Source: a virus
Lineage: Duplodnaviria > Caudoviricetes
IMG/VR virus record: IMGVR_UViG_3300031453_000005
Location: 1 to 42,479 of that record
Length of the DNA stretch: 42,479 nucleotides
Strand: one strand, 5' to 3'
This document shows, piece after piece, positions 17,141 to 27,561 of this stretch. Each line of letters opens with the position of its first letter. The first letter of the stretch is position 1. Under the pieces are notes generated by a model. That model did no database searches. It was not told the origin of the DNA and saw only the letters and a list, made by a program, of their open reading frames with translations. The position numbers were made by a program, and so were the translations under genes.

Positions 17141-17733
17141 TGAGCCGGCGCAAAATCGGCCCCGCCCAGGACGAAACTGCTGGGACAACCGTTGGCGCCG
17201 ACGCCAACTCCACGCTCGCCATCAACGGTGGAGAGCCAGTTCCGGTCGACGACTTCTTCGACCCGGTCGAAAACCCCGCGCTCGACTTGGCAGCCGCCAC
17301 CCTCACCGGCGATCTGCGCGATTTCATTCTCGACCGCCTGAAACACGAGCAGAGCAAGCGCCCGTGGCACGAGCGCTCCGAGGCCGACCAGCGTGCCACC
17401 GTGCACGAGGTCGAGGCCGCCGTCCGATCGACAATCGTCCGCGCTGTCGAGCTGATCTCTGGCGAAGGCAAGCGCTCGATCAAAGCCACGCTTGAGAGCG
17501 TTACGGTAAAGGACGGCATCAAGGCCAGCCTGTCGCTTTCAAAATTCGATCCGCACCGTTTCGGTCTGATCGACGCCACCGGGCACACGGTGCTGATCAT
17601 TGTCGCTGATCCAGACGAGTTCACCGGAGAGCGTGAGCCAGTCACCATCAATCCTGACCAAGCTTCGATGCTTGGCGACGGCGTTATGGTGCAGCATGCG
17701 GCTGCCGACGGTGCTGAGACACCGCTCCACTGA
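17140..17733 (+). CDS. Hypothetical phage protein
   Basis: TGATG-coupled at both ends. Confidence 0.75.
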   Translation: MSRRKIGPAQDETAGTTVGADANSTLAINGGEPVPVDDFFDPVENPALDLAAATLTGDLRDFILDRLKHEQSKRPWHERSEADQRATVHEVEAAVRSTIVRAVELISGEGKRSIKATLESVTVKDGIKASLSLSKFDPHRFGLIDATGHTVLIIVADPDEFTGEREPVTINPDQASMLGDGVMVQHAAADGAETPLH

Positions 17734-19148
17734 TGCTTTTACGGCCGCATCAGACCGCGGCCCTTGAGGGCGTCCAGGCAGTATACCGCACTGGACGCCG
17801 TCGGGCGCTCCTCGTAGCACCTACTGGCTTCGGCAAGTCAGCGCTGACCCGGCACATGCTTGGCCGTACAACCAAACGATCGCTCATCCTCTGCCACCGC
17901 GAGAACTTGCGCGACATGATCTCCGGCAGTCTCGACGTTCCGCATGGTGTGATCGGGGAACGTGGCGATTCCCGCGCCAAAATCCAGGTTGGCATGATGC
18001 AGACCGTGTCACGCCGGCTCGATAAGCTGCAGGAATTCGAGTTCGTCATCAGCGATGAGGCGCACCTTGCGATGTGCGCTACTTGGCGGCGCATCCTACA
18101 ACACTATGGCAAGGCCTGGCATCTCGGCCTGTCCGCCACTCCCTGTCGCGAGGATGGGCAGGGCCTGGGCGCCGAATATTCCGACATCGTCTACGGTATG
18201 GGCGTTCGCGAGCTTACGGCGCGCGGGTATCTTGTTCCACTGCGCTTGTTCGCGCCGCCGATCCAGGCCGATCTGCCGATGCAGTCGGGGAAGGAGTTCA
18301 ACACCGCTGCCGATGCTGCCGCACTCGACAAGGCCAGCATCACCGGTGACGTGATTGAGCACTGGCGCCGCCTCGCCTCCGGCAAGCTCACGCTTGGCTT
18401 CTGCGGATCTCGCGATCACGCCAAGCACTGCGCGGAGCAGTTTCGCGGCGCCGGCATTCCGGCCGCCCATGTCGATGGGAGCATGCCGAAGAGCGAGCAG
18501 GACCGGATCCTCGCCGATTTCGCCGCGCGCCGCATCCTCGTCCTATTCAACGTCGACTTGCTCACCACAGGATTCGACTGTCCGCAGATCGAGTGCCTAT
18601 TGCTGCTTCGACGGACCAAGAGCCTCGCGCTCTTTCTGCAGATGATCGGCCGGGCTCTGCGCACTTTTCTCGGGAAGTCCGAGGCCGTGATCATCGATCA
18701 TGTTGGCAATCTGCATGTGCACGGCCACCCCGACGCCGATCGCGAATGGACGCTCGACGGCCGACCGCAGCGAAGTGCAGCCGCTACGGTCCTCATGTGC
18801 CCCAAATGCTACGCCGCGCATCGGCCGACACCTCGCTGCCCTAGTTGTGACTACGTCTACGCCACTGCGGTAGCCCGTGCGCGCAAGCAGATCGAGCAGC
18901 GTGAGGGCAAACTTGAGGAGATCGTTCGGGATGAGGCAAAGCAGTTCGGTGGGCGCAGCCTCCAGGAGGCTCTGAAGCACGCGCGCAGCCTCGGGGAAGA
19001 CGATGCTCGCCATGCTCTGACCGAGCTCCAACGCGCCCTTGGCTACAAGCCCGGCTGGGTCATGATGCAGATGCAGCTGCGCCGGCGGTTCAGGCTTGGT
19101 GCCGGTATGCGCCGCAGTCAATTGCCTGCGTCGGAGCAATCCGCATGA
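17733..19148 (+). CDS. SF2 DEAD/DEAH-box helicase with a Zn finger
   Basis: APTGFGKS, DEAH, SATP, GFDCP, QMIGRALR, CPKC..CPSC. Confidence 0.95.
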   Translation: MLLRPHQTAALEGVQAVYRTGRRRALLVAPTGFGKSALTRHMLGRTTKRSLILCHRENLRDMISGSLDVPHGVIGERGDSRAKIQVGMMQTVSRRLDKLQEFEFVISDEAHLAMCATWRRILQHYGKAWHLGLSATPCREDGQGLGAEYSDIVYGMGVRELTARGYLVPLRLFAPPIQADLPMQSGKEFNTAADAAALDKASITGDVIEHWRRLASGKLTLGFCGSRDHAKHCAEQFRGAGIPAAHVDGSMPKSEQDRILADFAARRILVLFNVDLLTTGFDCPQIECLLLLRRTKSLALFLQMIGRALRTFLGKSEAVIIDHVGNLHVHGHPDADREWTLDGRPQRSAAATVLMCPKCYAAHRPTPRCPSCDYVYATAVARARKQIEQREGKLEEIVRDEAKQFGGRSLQEALKHARSLGEDDARHALTELQRALGYKPGWVMMQMQLRRRFRLGAGMRRSQLPASEQSA

Positions 19149-19543
19149 CGGCCGAATCTCCCCTGCAAGCTGATATCCGCCTTGCAATCGGCAAGGTTGC
19201 TCACGCACGTCTGTTCCGCAACAGCGTCGGCGGCGGTTGGGTCGGCGAGGTGCTCGACAACAGCAAACTATCAGTGACACTTCGGCAGGCACGATACGTC
19301 ACGTTCGGTCTACAGGTAGGGTCCGGCGACCTGATCGGTTGGACCACTGTCACGATCACCCCAGAGATGGTTGGCCACCGCATTGCCGTGTTCACCTCGG
19401 GCGAGGTCAAGCCGCTTGTTGCTCGACCGCGGAAGGACCAGGAGCACCAGGAGCGCTGGCGTGCGACAGTCGAAGCCGCAGGCGGGTTCGCAGAGGTGCT
19501 GCGCTCGGTTGAGGACGGGCTTAAGCTGGTGAGGGCGGGATGA
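19145..19543 (+). CDS. VRR-NUC family nuclease
   Basis: ESPLQADI..LFRNSVG..GSGDLIG..EVK..Q..W..VEAAGG. Confidence 0.85.
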   Translation: MTAESPLQADIRLAIGKVAHARLFRNSVGGGWVGEVLDNSKLSVTLRQARYVTFGLQVGSGDLIGWTTVTITPEMVGHRIAVFTSGEVKPLVARPRKDQEHQERWRATVEAAGGFAEVLRSVEDGLKLVRAG

Positions 19544-20031
19544 GCCTCACCGAGCTTTGGGCCGAGGCGGACGGCTTCGTTCCGTCTGGAGCGGTCATTC
19601 CGCCGCCCCCGAGCGATTGGTCGGATGTGCTCGGTTATGCCGAGCAGTTGGCGGTGTTGGTCGCTCGCAGTTGGCTGGAGCCCTCAGACGCCTTCGGTTG
19701 CCTCGCTCTCTTCGCGAGCCAGCGCCACAGTCGCGATCTAGATTTCAGCAAGCGACTGCTGTTCGCCCGATGGCTGATGGGGCAGCGGGCGAACAGCATC
19801 GATCAAGCCAGGGCGCTGACCGAACACCGTGTCCGTCGAGCTGCTTGGCCCCTCTGCGAAGAGCGTCGCCCGGGCGTTGAAATTCTGCGGGTAGCTGAAA
19901 GCGTGGTGGATTCCGGCGGCCTAGCGCCAGTCCTGCCGGATGCCATCCTGCTGCCAGACGAGATCCTTGAGATCTGCCGCACCGTCGCGCGTCAAGCGTC
20001 AAAACGCCGAGGCCCGAGTGGACGCCAATGA
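19540..20031 (+). CDS. Hypothetical replication-module protein
   Basis: ATGA-coupled; lies between nuclease and ATPase. Confidence 0.65.
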   Translation: MSLTELWAEADGFVPSGAVIPPPPSDWSDVLGYAEQLAVLVARSWLEPSDAFGCLALFASQRHSRDLDFSKRLLFARWLMGQRANSIDQARALTEHRVRRAAWPLCEERRPGVEILRVAESVVDSGGLAPVLPDAILLPDEILEICRTVARQASKRRGPSGRQ

Positions 20032-21220
20032 TCCAGTTTGGGGACCGGACAACATCGTCCGCCTGGCATCACCTGCGTTGGTGCTGCGGGCGGCCAAGCT
20101 GCCCGACCCGACCACCATACCGCCCCGCCAGTGGCTCTACGGCACGCAGCTGCTGCGTGGCTTCGTGACCGTGCTCGTGGCGCCTGGGGGCACCGGCAAG
20201 AGTGCCTACGCGATGGCAGTCGGAGCCTCCCTCGCCTGCGGCCGCTCGTTCCTCAACGAGCACGTTTTCGCCCGCGTCAATGTCGCCATCCTCAACCTTG
20301 AGGATCCTATGGATGAGCTGGACCGCCGGCTCGCTGCGATCGTCATCCGGCACGGCATTGATGAGAGCGAAATCGAAGGTAGGCTGTTCATGCACTCCGG
20401 TGAGGACCGCCCCGTCCACATGGCCAGCATCGGCAACGACGGCTTCCAGGTCGTCCACCCCGACGAAGCCGCGCTAGTCGAGCAACTCCTGGCTAACCAG
20501 ATCGGAATGCTGTGCGTTGACCCCTTCGCGGAGAGCCACACCCTCGAAGAAAACAGCAACCCACATATGATTGCCGCCGCGGCAGCCTGGCGTCGGGTCG
20601 CGCGCGCCACCAACTGCGCCATCATGCTCGTGCACCACGTCCGCAAGGGGGCCGTCACCGACATCGATAGCGCCCGCGGCGCCAAGGGGCTGACCGACAG
20701 TGCCCGTGTTGGCCTGCTGCTCTCCCCCATGACCGAAGACGAGGGCGAGCAGATCGGCATCCCAACTGAGGACCGGTGGAAATACGTGCGACTCGACAAC
20801 GCGAAGGCCAACATGGCGCCGCGCGCCGGCCGAGCAAAGTGGTTCATGCTCGACCAAGTCGATCTCCATAACCCAACGAACGACTATCCCCACGGGGACA
20901 AAGTCGCGTCCGTCGTCTCGTGGGAGCCGCCTACCATGCTCTCTGCACAGACACCGGAGATCCTCAACAGTGTGCTTGATCTCATCGCCGAGGGGCCGGA
21001 GCCGGGGATGCTATTCAGCAAAACGAATCGGGGAGGATCGAGCAGATGGGCTGGTCAGTTGTTGATCGACGAGTGCGGCATGCTGGAAAAACAGGCGTCG
21101 GGCACGATTGCAGCGTGGCTCAAATCTGGCCTGCTTTATGAGCAGGAATTCCGCAGTTCCGTGACACGAAAGATGATGCCGGGCCTCAAGGTCGACAACT
21201 CTAAGAGGCCCTCCGAATGA
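20018..21220 (+). CDS. AAA_25/RepA-like RecA-family replicative helicase
   Basis: PPRQWL, APGGTGKS, LNLED, VDP, LVHHVRK, SARGA, KAN. Confidence 0.9.
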   Translation: MDANDPVWGPDNIVRLASPALVLRAAKLPDPTTIPPRQWLYGTQLLRGFVTVLVAPGGTGKSAYAMAVGASLACGRSFLNEHVFARVNVAILNLEDPMDELDRRLAAIVIRHGIDESEIEGRLFMHSGEDRPVHMASIGNDGFQVVHPDEAALVEQLLANQIGMLCVDPFAESHTLEENSNPHMIAAAAAWRRVARATNCAIMLVHHVRKGAVTDIDSARGAKGLTDSARVGLLLSPMTEDEGEQIGIPTEDRWKYVRLDNAKANMAPRAGRAKWFMLDQVDLHNPTNDYPHGDKVASVVSWEPPTMLSAQTPEILNSVLDLIAEGPEPGMLFSKTNRGGSSRWAGQLLIDECGMLEKQASGTIAAWLKSGLLYEQEFRSSVTRKMMPGLKVDNSKRPSE

Positions 21221-21233
21221 GCATGGCCCCGTT

Positions 21234-21542
21234 CTTTCGGCGCACCTTTCGGCGCACTTTTGGCGCATCTCTTGGCGCACCTTTCGGCGCACTTTTGGCG
21301 CAACCCAATAAAACCGGGCAATCCAAAAACTCTCAAAAACCCATATTTTCCGGCGTTTTCGAGCGGCGGAGGGCGGGGTGCGCCATACCCCCCCCTAAGG
21401 GGGGGGGTATGGCGCAACCACCACACCATCCCCGGAGCCGATTTAAGGCGCATCTCTTGGCGCACCTTTCGGCGCACTTTTGGCGCAAATCCCTTGGCTC
21501 CGCGCATTTTCAGCGCAGCCTTTTGGCGCATCTCTTGGCGCA
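21234..21542. repeat. Iteron array around a C8/G9 hairpin; probable replication origin
   Basis: 12 direct GGCGCA-ending units at 11-12 bp spacing; palindrome TGCGCCATA-C8-TAA-G9-TATGGCGCA at 21379-21416. Confidence 0.85.
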
Positions 21543-21673
21543 AACACCAACGCGCATTCTACGCTGCTCGGCAGAGTTGTCCGGGTGATCTGCGGGTTGG
21601 CCGCCATAACGGCCTCTCCCGCGCGCATGGCAGTTTGATCATCAAACCGTGCGCGCGTGAAAAGGAAAGATGA

Positions 21674-22132
21674 ATGAAGAAACGGCATCTTCCCACTGAT
21701 CCCGTTATTGATTATGGTTCGCGCGGTGCGGCGTATCGGTCGCGACCATCATCAATTCGAGAGACAATACAGGCCGGCGTCACATATCGTGCTTACTCGG
21801 ACGCGCACCTGATTGACCGTATGCATCAGCGTGCTCAACTGAGCGATCTGCAATACGAGGCAGCTCAGCGGGTGATCGAGCTCCACAACGCGGCCGGGTT
21901 TGAGCCGAACACCACGTCTGGCTACGTGCCGCCTGGATGGAACAAGGGCCATGATGACGATGAGCAGGAGGCAGCGGCGATCACGCGGTTTCGCTTTTTG
22001 CTTGGCTCACGTTCGGCGGCTGCGGCAGGAATCTTGCACGGCATGTGTCTTGAGCAGCATCCCGGCACAGGTAGGCTTGCGACGCTGCGGGCGTCGCTGG
22101 ATGATCTTGTGAAGCAGTGGGGGTTGGCTTGA
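21674..22132 (+). CDS. Putative late-gene regulator (Q-like position)
   Basis: Last early gene; IDRMHQRAQLSDLQYEAA motif. Confidence 0.55.
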   Translation: MKKRHLPTDPVIDYGSRGAAYRSRPSSIRETIQAGVTYRAYSDAHLIDRMHQRAQLSDLQYEAAQRVIELHNAAGFEPNTTSGYVPPGWNKGHDDDEQEAAAITRFRFLLGSRSAAAAGILHGMCLEQHPGTGRLATLRASLDDLVKQWGLA

Positions 22133-22261
22133 TTGGAGTTTCTTCTTGCCAATCCGCTAAATATGCTGCCTAAGTGAGGGCGGCGTATTGCGCCCGGTGT
22201 TCGGGCAGCAGCAATCTCTTAAAACTCAAGCCTTCCAACTCTTCTCCGAGAGGCGAAAACT

Positions 22262-22540
22262 ATGGCCGAAGATCACAAGTCCTTGCCGATCAAAGACGGC
22301 ATTCATCGCGACGAGCCGGCCAAGCCGGAAGATAAAAAGCCTGAGTTCAAGCCGCCGACCGAGCCTGTTGATCCAGTGGCGCCAAACTCGACGCCCGGCA
22401 TTACGCTCGATCGCCCCGTGATTGTCGAAGATCCGGCCGGGAACCGCTATGCTGCTGACCACGCTGGCAATAAGCCGACCGCGCTGGACACCGACCGCGA
22501 CCAGACCGATAGCAAGCTCAAGCCGACCGCTCAAAAGTAG
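22262..22540 (+). CDS. Pro-rich hypothetical protein
   Basis: GAGG RBS; GC3-rich codons. Confidence 0.65.
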   Translation: MAEDHKSLPIKDGIHRDEPAKPEDKKPEFKPPTEPVDPVAPNSTPGITLDRPVIVEDPAGNRYAADHAGNKPTALDTDRDQTDSKLKPTAQK

Positions 22541-22559
22541 CCGGCAACACACGAAACTG

Positions 22560-22910
22560 ATGATGGCTGATTACGACAAGGGTGGTGATCGGCCGGCGAC
22601 TGGCGCTGGCTACGGCGGTCCGGCCAAGGGTTTCGTGCGGAACACGAACCGCAAGAAAGATTTCGGATCGAAGACGAATGCGCAGGGGCATTCGGTGGCT
22701 ACTCTTGCGCCGTTCAACCGCGCTGAAGTTCGGCGCCAGCGGCAGGACGCGGTCGAGGAGCATATGTTCAACTTAGCGCTTGGTGCCGAGCTTGAGCGGG
22801 ATCAGATTTCCGCGGGCAAGGCATTCATGGTTGAGCGCAAAGAAGTTATGGGCGCCGATGGCGGACCGCTGCAAATTGTTTATTCATGGGCTGACGAAGA
22901 CAAGGAATGA
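22560..22910 (+). CDS. terS: Putative terminase small subunit
   Basis: Upstream of terL; ends EVMGADGGPLQIV. Confidence 0.65.
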   Translation: MMADYDKGGDRPATGAGYGGPAKGFVRNTNRKKDFGSKTNAQGHSVATLAPFNRAEVRRQRQDAVEEHMFNLALGAELERDQISAGKAFMVERKEVMGADGGPLQIVYSWADEDKE

Positions 22911-24208
22911 TGATCCAGCGGCAGCCTTTGCCGTTTGCTCCGCGCGCCTGGCAACGACCACTTATTTCCGATCCAGCCAAGCGCATTACCGCCGTCGTTC
23001 ACCGTCGAGCTGGAAAATCAACGTGCCTCATGTGGCGCGGCATCAAGCGGGCGCTCTCTATTCCGCGCCGCAATCCGCCGCCAAGAGTGATCCATACGCT
23101 GCCCTATCAGGTCCAGTGGGACCGCACGGGTCTTTGGGACATGCTTCATGCGGCAGGTTTGGCCATTCCAGGCGCGCGGGCCATGAAGTCCGAGCTGCGG
23201 TTGATCCTGCCGAACGGCGGCGTCTACCAAGCAGGCGGCATGGACAAGCCCGATAGCTGGCGCGGCGGCTACGCTGACGAGATCATTCTTGACGAATATG
23301 ACGATACGCAGGCCGAGGGGCAGACGACGGCTATCCTGCCGATGCTGGCCGACTTCGATGGCGTTCTAGTTCGCTCTGGCACACCAAAAGGCTATGGACG
23401 GCTCAAGACTGCTTTTGTCGAGGCAGGCTCAACGCTTGGACATTCACGCTATTTGCTGCGCTGGCAGGACACGGGTGTTTTGAGCAACGAGATTATCGAC
23501 GGTTTGCGATCAGAGATGACACCGGAAGAATTCGCGCAGGAGTTCGAATGTTCGTTCGAAACACCAAATAGCGGTGCTTTCTTTGCGAAAGACTTGCAAC
23601 AAGCTGAGACCGAGGGCCGTATCACCGCAGTGCCTTATGACCCGATGCTACCGGTCTGGACGTCCTGGGATCTCGGGATGGATGATAGCACGGCCATTTG
23701 GTTCGTTCAGGTTTCGCCGGGCGGTGAGCTGCGTTGGATCGACTACTTTGAGGCTGGCGGGGTTGGCTTAGAAACTTATGCCGCGCTGCTAAACAGCAAG
23801 GGCTACACCTACGCCAAGCATATCCTTCCGCATGACGTTGATGTGCGCGAGCTTGGAACCGGTGTGTCGAGGTTGGAGATCCTGAACCGGCTTGGTGTGC
23901 GACCGATCAAGGTCGTGCCGGCTATGAACCCGATTGAGCGCATCACGGCGCTACGAATGAAGCTACCGCGATCTCGGTTCGATGCCGGGCGGTGTGCGGC
24001 AGGCCTAAAGGCGCTCTGGCACTACCGGCGCGAGTGGAACGAGAAGGCTAGCGTATTTAGGCCAAACCCAGTTCACGATTGGGCTTCACACGGGTCCGAT
24101 GCGGCTGGACACCTAGCCGTTGGGCTTGAAGAAAGACCGAAGATTGCGCGGCCCAAGTTGAAATTAAGCCCCGACGCTATAGCGGGGGCTGGCGGGTGGA
24201 TGGCTTAG
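22907..24208 (+). CDS. terL: Terminase large subunit
   Basis: HRRAGKS, ILDEY, GTPKG, FAQEFECSF, WDLGMDD, HDWASHGSDA. Confidence 0.95.
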   Translation: MMIQRQPLPFAPRAWQRPLISDPAKRITAVVHRRAGKSTCLMWRGIKRALSIPRRNPPPRVIHTLPYQVQWDRTGLWDMLHAAGLAIPGARAMKSELRLILPNGGVYQAGGMDKPDSWRGGYADEIILDEYDDTQAEGQTTAILPMLADFDGVLVRSGTPKGYGRLKTAFVEAGSTLGHSRYLLRWQDTGVLSNEIIDGLRSEMTPEEFAQEFECSFETPNSGAFFAKDLQQAETEGRITAVPYDPMLPVWTSWDLGMDDSTAIWFVQVSPGGELRWIDYFEAGGVGLETYAALLNSKGYTYAKHILPHDVDVRELGTGVSRLEILNRLGVRPIKVVPAMNPIERITALRMKLPRSRFDAGRCAAGLKALWHYRREWNEKASVFRPNPVHDWASHGSDAAGHLAVGLEERPKIARPKLKLSPDAIAGAGGWMA

Positions 24209-24242
24209 CGCACGATCCTATGGAGGTTCTTAGATTTAAACC

Positions 24243-26492
24243 ATGAACGTAAGCGACGATACTCCGTTGGATGGTTCGTCGCCAGAGGACATCCTTGCCG
24301 ATGCGTACACACGGTTCAAACGCTGTCAAGACTGGGAGCACGACGCACGCGAGAACATCCGTGCCGACATGAAGTTTGCCGAGGGTGACAGTCGAAACAA
24401 TTACCAATGGCCCGAAAACATTACGACCGAGCGGCAAGGCGCTATGAAGCCGCTGCTGACCAACAACATGGTCCGGCAGCATAATCTTCAAATCGTTAAT
24501 GACGCCCGCCAGAACAAGCCGGGGATCGAAATCCGCGCTACTGGCGATGGCGCGACCTATGATGCTGCCAAGGTGTTCGAGGCGCTCGTGCGTCACATCG
24601 AATATCAGTCGGATGCCCAAGATGCCTACGATTCGGCGACGTATCACCAGGTTTACGGCGGGATCGGATATTGCCGGCTGATCACCAAGTATTCCGATGA
24701 CGATGGCTTCAACCAGGATCTCATGATCCGCCGCGTCGACGATCCGTTAAGTATCTACCTCGACCCCGATATCAAGCAATACGACGGCAGCGACGCGCGG
24801 TTTGGGGTCTCGTTCAGCGACTTCGACAAGCGCGAGTTTGCCCGTAAGTATCCTGCCTATAAAGACACAGCGATTCGACCGCAGTTCGCTGACGTTGCCT
24901 CGGACTGGGTCAGCGCTGACAAGGTCCGGGTGGCCGAGTTTTACCGCAAGGTGGACAAGTCAGACTGGCTGTTTGAGGTGCCCCCTGGCATCATGCCGGA
25001 CAAACAGGATGGTGGCGTGGTCCGTGGCAGCGATCTGCCGGAAGAGATTGTCGTTGCGTTCAAGGCAGCCAAGTTCCGCAGCCGCCGCATTACAAAAACG
25101 GTTGTGGAGCATTTCACGATTGCGGGCGGCGACGTAATCGCTAGAACCATCTGGCCTGGCCAGTATATCCCGATCGCAAGGTTCGTAGGCGAAGAAACCG
25201 TCATCGACGGCAAGCTCGACCGCAAAGGTCATACGCGCTCTATGATCAGCGCGCAGCAGATGCACAACTTCTTCTATAGCGCCGCCGTCGAGCACGTAGC
25301 GTTGCAGAACAAATCGCCCTATCTCGCGGATATCCGGTCGATCGAGGGATACGAGGAATACTGGCGTAACTCGAACACCAAGAATTATGCCTTCCTGCCC
25401 TACAACGGCGTGGACGATAACGGCACCGAGCTTCCCCCGCCACGGCGCGAGCCGGCCCCGGAAATGGCGCAAGCCTTCATCCAGGGCCTAAACGTCTCGT
25501 CTCAGCTCATCATGGACGTGAGCGGCCAGCACCAAGCAAACCTTGGCGAGCCGAGCAACGAGAAGTCTGGCGTCGCTATTCAGCAGCGTCAGCGCCAAGG
25601 CGACAACGCCACCGCCCACTACATCGACCACCAGGCGCAGGCTGTGCGGTTTCTTGGACGCATGATCGTCGATGTCATTCCGAAGATCTACGACACCAAG
25701 CGCGTATTCGAGATTCTCGATCCTGATGGCTCCCGCTACAAGCTACAGATCGATCCGGCGCACCCCGATGCGCATGAGCAAAAACAGAACCTGGAGGCGC
25801 CAGAATACGATCCCAGCGCGGTCGCGGCGGTCTTTAACCCCAGCATCGGTCGATATGCCGTCATCGCCGACATCGGGCCGAGCTTCGCCACAAAACGCCA
25901 GGATGCCTTCAACGCTTACTCGCAGCTTCTGGCTCAGAACCAAGAGCTGACGAAGGTCGCGGCAGATCTGATGTTCAAGAATGCCGACTTCCCAGGTGCG
26001 GATGAACTGGCGCAACGACTGCGGCGCACAATCCCGCCGAACCTATTGTCAGACGATACCGGGCCGCCGCCCGCGGTTCAGCAGCTACAGCAGCAGTTGC
26101 AGGCAATGCAGCAGCATGCCCAGCAAGTGATCGGCCAAGCCGATCAGGAGACCACGCAACTCAAGGCCGAGAACACGAGGCTCAAGGCAGACATCAGCGA
26201 CCGTGCCGCGCGGACCGCGATTGAGGACTACAAAGCCGAGACCGCACGTATGGCAGCTGTTGCGCAGATCGATCCGACAGCGCTCATTCCTATCATCCGA
26301 GAGCAAGTGTCGCAGATGCTTGGCCAACCGGCGCTGCCAGTGATGCAGGCGCATCAAGTTCAGGATGAAATGCACGCTGCAGCGATGGACGCGGCGACAA
26401 CCCAGATGCAACCGCCACAGCCCCAGGATGGGCAGGCGGCGCAACCGACCCCGGCTGCACCGGGAGCGCAGAACCAGGCCGGGCCTGCTTAA
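24243..26492 (+). CDS. P22-like portal protein
   Basis: 749 aa after terL; QWPE..R, NEKSGVAIQQRQ.QG, IPKIYDT.R, Gln-rich C-terminal coil. Confidence 0.92.
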   Translation: MNVSDDTPLDGSSPEDILADAYTRFKRCQDWEHDARENIRADMKFAEGDSRNNYQWPENITTERQGAMKPLLTNNMVRQHNLQIVNDARQNKPGIEIRATGDGATYDAAKVFEALVRHIEYQSDAQDAYDSATYHQVYGGIGYCRLITKYSDDDGFNQDLMIRRVDDPLSIYLDPDIKQYDGSDARFGVSFSDFDKREFARKYPAYKDTAIRPQFADVASDWVSADKVRVAEFYRKVDKSDWLFEVPPGIMPDKQDGGVVRGSDLPEEIVVAFKAAKFRSRRITKTVVEHFTIAGGDVIARTIWPGQYIPIARFVGEETVIDGKLDRKGHTRSMISAQQMHNFFYSAAVEHVALQNKSPYLADIRSIEGYEEYWRNSNTKNYAFLPYNGVDDNGTELPPPRREPAPEMAQAFIQGLNVSSQLIMDVSGQHQANLGEPSNEKSGVAIQQRQRQGDNATAHYIDHQAQAVRFLGRMIVDVIPKIYDTKRVFEILDPDGSRYKLQIDPAHPDAHEQKQNLEAPEYDPSAVAAVFNPSIGRYAVIADIGPSFATKRQDAFNAYSQLLAQNQELTKVAADLMFKNADFPGADELAQRLRRTIPPNLLSDDTGPPPAVQQLQQQLQAMQQHAQQVIGQADQETTQLKAENTRLKADISDRAARTAIEDYKAETARMAAVAQIDPTALIPIIREQVSQMLGQPALPVMQAHQVQDEMHAAAMDAATTQMQPPQPQDGQAAQPTPAAPGAQNQAGPA

Positions 26493-26510
26493 AACCCGAG
26501 CGGAGAGAAC

Positions 26511-27404
26511 ATGTCAGACGCACTAGACAAAGCTCTAGCTTCGGACGAAGCGCGCTATCGCGATTCTGTCGTCAAGTCGGATGTCATCGTTCCGGCGGAG
26601 GTAGGCGCCGGCGGTGAGTCGGTTCAGGCAGATGCCGAGCCGGCACCGAAACCAGCCGAGGCTGAGAAACCCGCTGAGGTCGTAGAACCGACGGAAGAGG
26701 ACAAGACCAAAGACCGGCAGTCACGGAACCAAGAGGCTCAGGATCGCCGCTGGGCACGCATGACGGCAAAACTTGGCGATGCAACCCGCGCCACTGAAGC
26801 CAAGGATGCTGAGCTCGCGACCCTTCGTGAGCAGATCGCGCGGTTCCAGGCACCATCAGAGCCCGCTGCCGAGCATGGACAGGCGCCGCCGTCGCAGCCC
26901 GCGGCTCATGCGCCGACGAAGGCCGAGATCGAGCGTATGGTCGAGGAGCGCGCCTCGACCATGCTGTTCAACGAGGACTGCAACAAGATCGCCGCCAAGG
27001 GCCGCGAGACGTTCGGAGACGGCTTTGGAGCAGCCATCGGCTCTCTTTGGTCTACCGTCGACGGCCTCAAGCCGGATGGGAGCTTTACTCAGGCCGGTCG
27101 GGCGATCATTGAGGCCGCCAGCGAAGCCGACAACCCGGCCGAGATCCTGCATTATCTCGGCACCAACCCGTTCGAGGCGGAGCGTATTCGCGAGATGTCG
27201 CCGGCTCGTATGGGCGCCGCCATCGCCAAAATCGAGACCTCGCTTGCTGCCGCCAAGGCAGCGGCTAAGCCTGCCACGTCCCGCGCTCCGGCTCCTCTTG
27301 ACCCGGTTGGCGGTGGCGTTCGCGCCGAGCCAGGTAATCTAGGACCGAAGAATATCGCGGACTGGATGAAGTGGGACGAGGAGAACAGCAAAAAGCGTCG
27401 CTGA
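26511..27404 (+). CDS. Scaffolding protein
   Basis: Between portal and coat; ILHYLGTNP.EAERI, SRAPAPLDPV. Confidence 0.8.
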   Translation: MSDALDKALASDEARYRDSVVKSDVIVPAEVGAGGESVQADAEPAPKPAEAEKPAEVVEPTEEDKTKDRQSRNQEAQDRRWARMTAKLGDATRATEAKDAELATLREQIARFQAPSEPAAEHGQAPPSQPAAHAPTKAEIERMVEERASTMLFNEDCNKIAAKGRETFGDGFGAAIGSLWSTVDGLKPDGSFTQAGRAIIEAASEADNPAEILHYLGTNPFEAERIREMSPARMGAAIAKIETSLAAAKAAAKPATSRAPAPLDPVGGGVRAEPGNLGPKNIADWMKWDEENSKKRR

Positions 27405-27561
27405 CGCTGCGATCCGACCAGGGCGGACAAACCCTGAGCTAGTAACGCCTAACCGGACTTGGCTGCGATTACACTCCTTTTCGCCTGTCCTGGATGTCAC
27501 TGCCGCAAGACCTCTTGCAGTGAGCGGCATTTTCAATCAGTAGACTTACTACAGGAGAATA

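Noticed and set aside
21234-21542. CRISPR array
   Set aside because: Units are 11-12 bp with no unique spacers and no cas genes nearby
21136-21688. ORFs across the iteron region (e.g. 21217-21588)
   Set aside because: Translations simply mirror the DNA repeat; the ATGA overlap at 21217 is noted but insufficient
27385-27445. Programmed frameshift or readthrough fusing scaffold to coat (C AAA AAG plus pseudoknot)
   Set aside because: Both the readthrough frame and the -1 frame hit stops by about 27442, well before the coat gene
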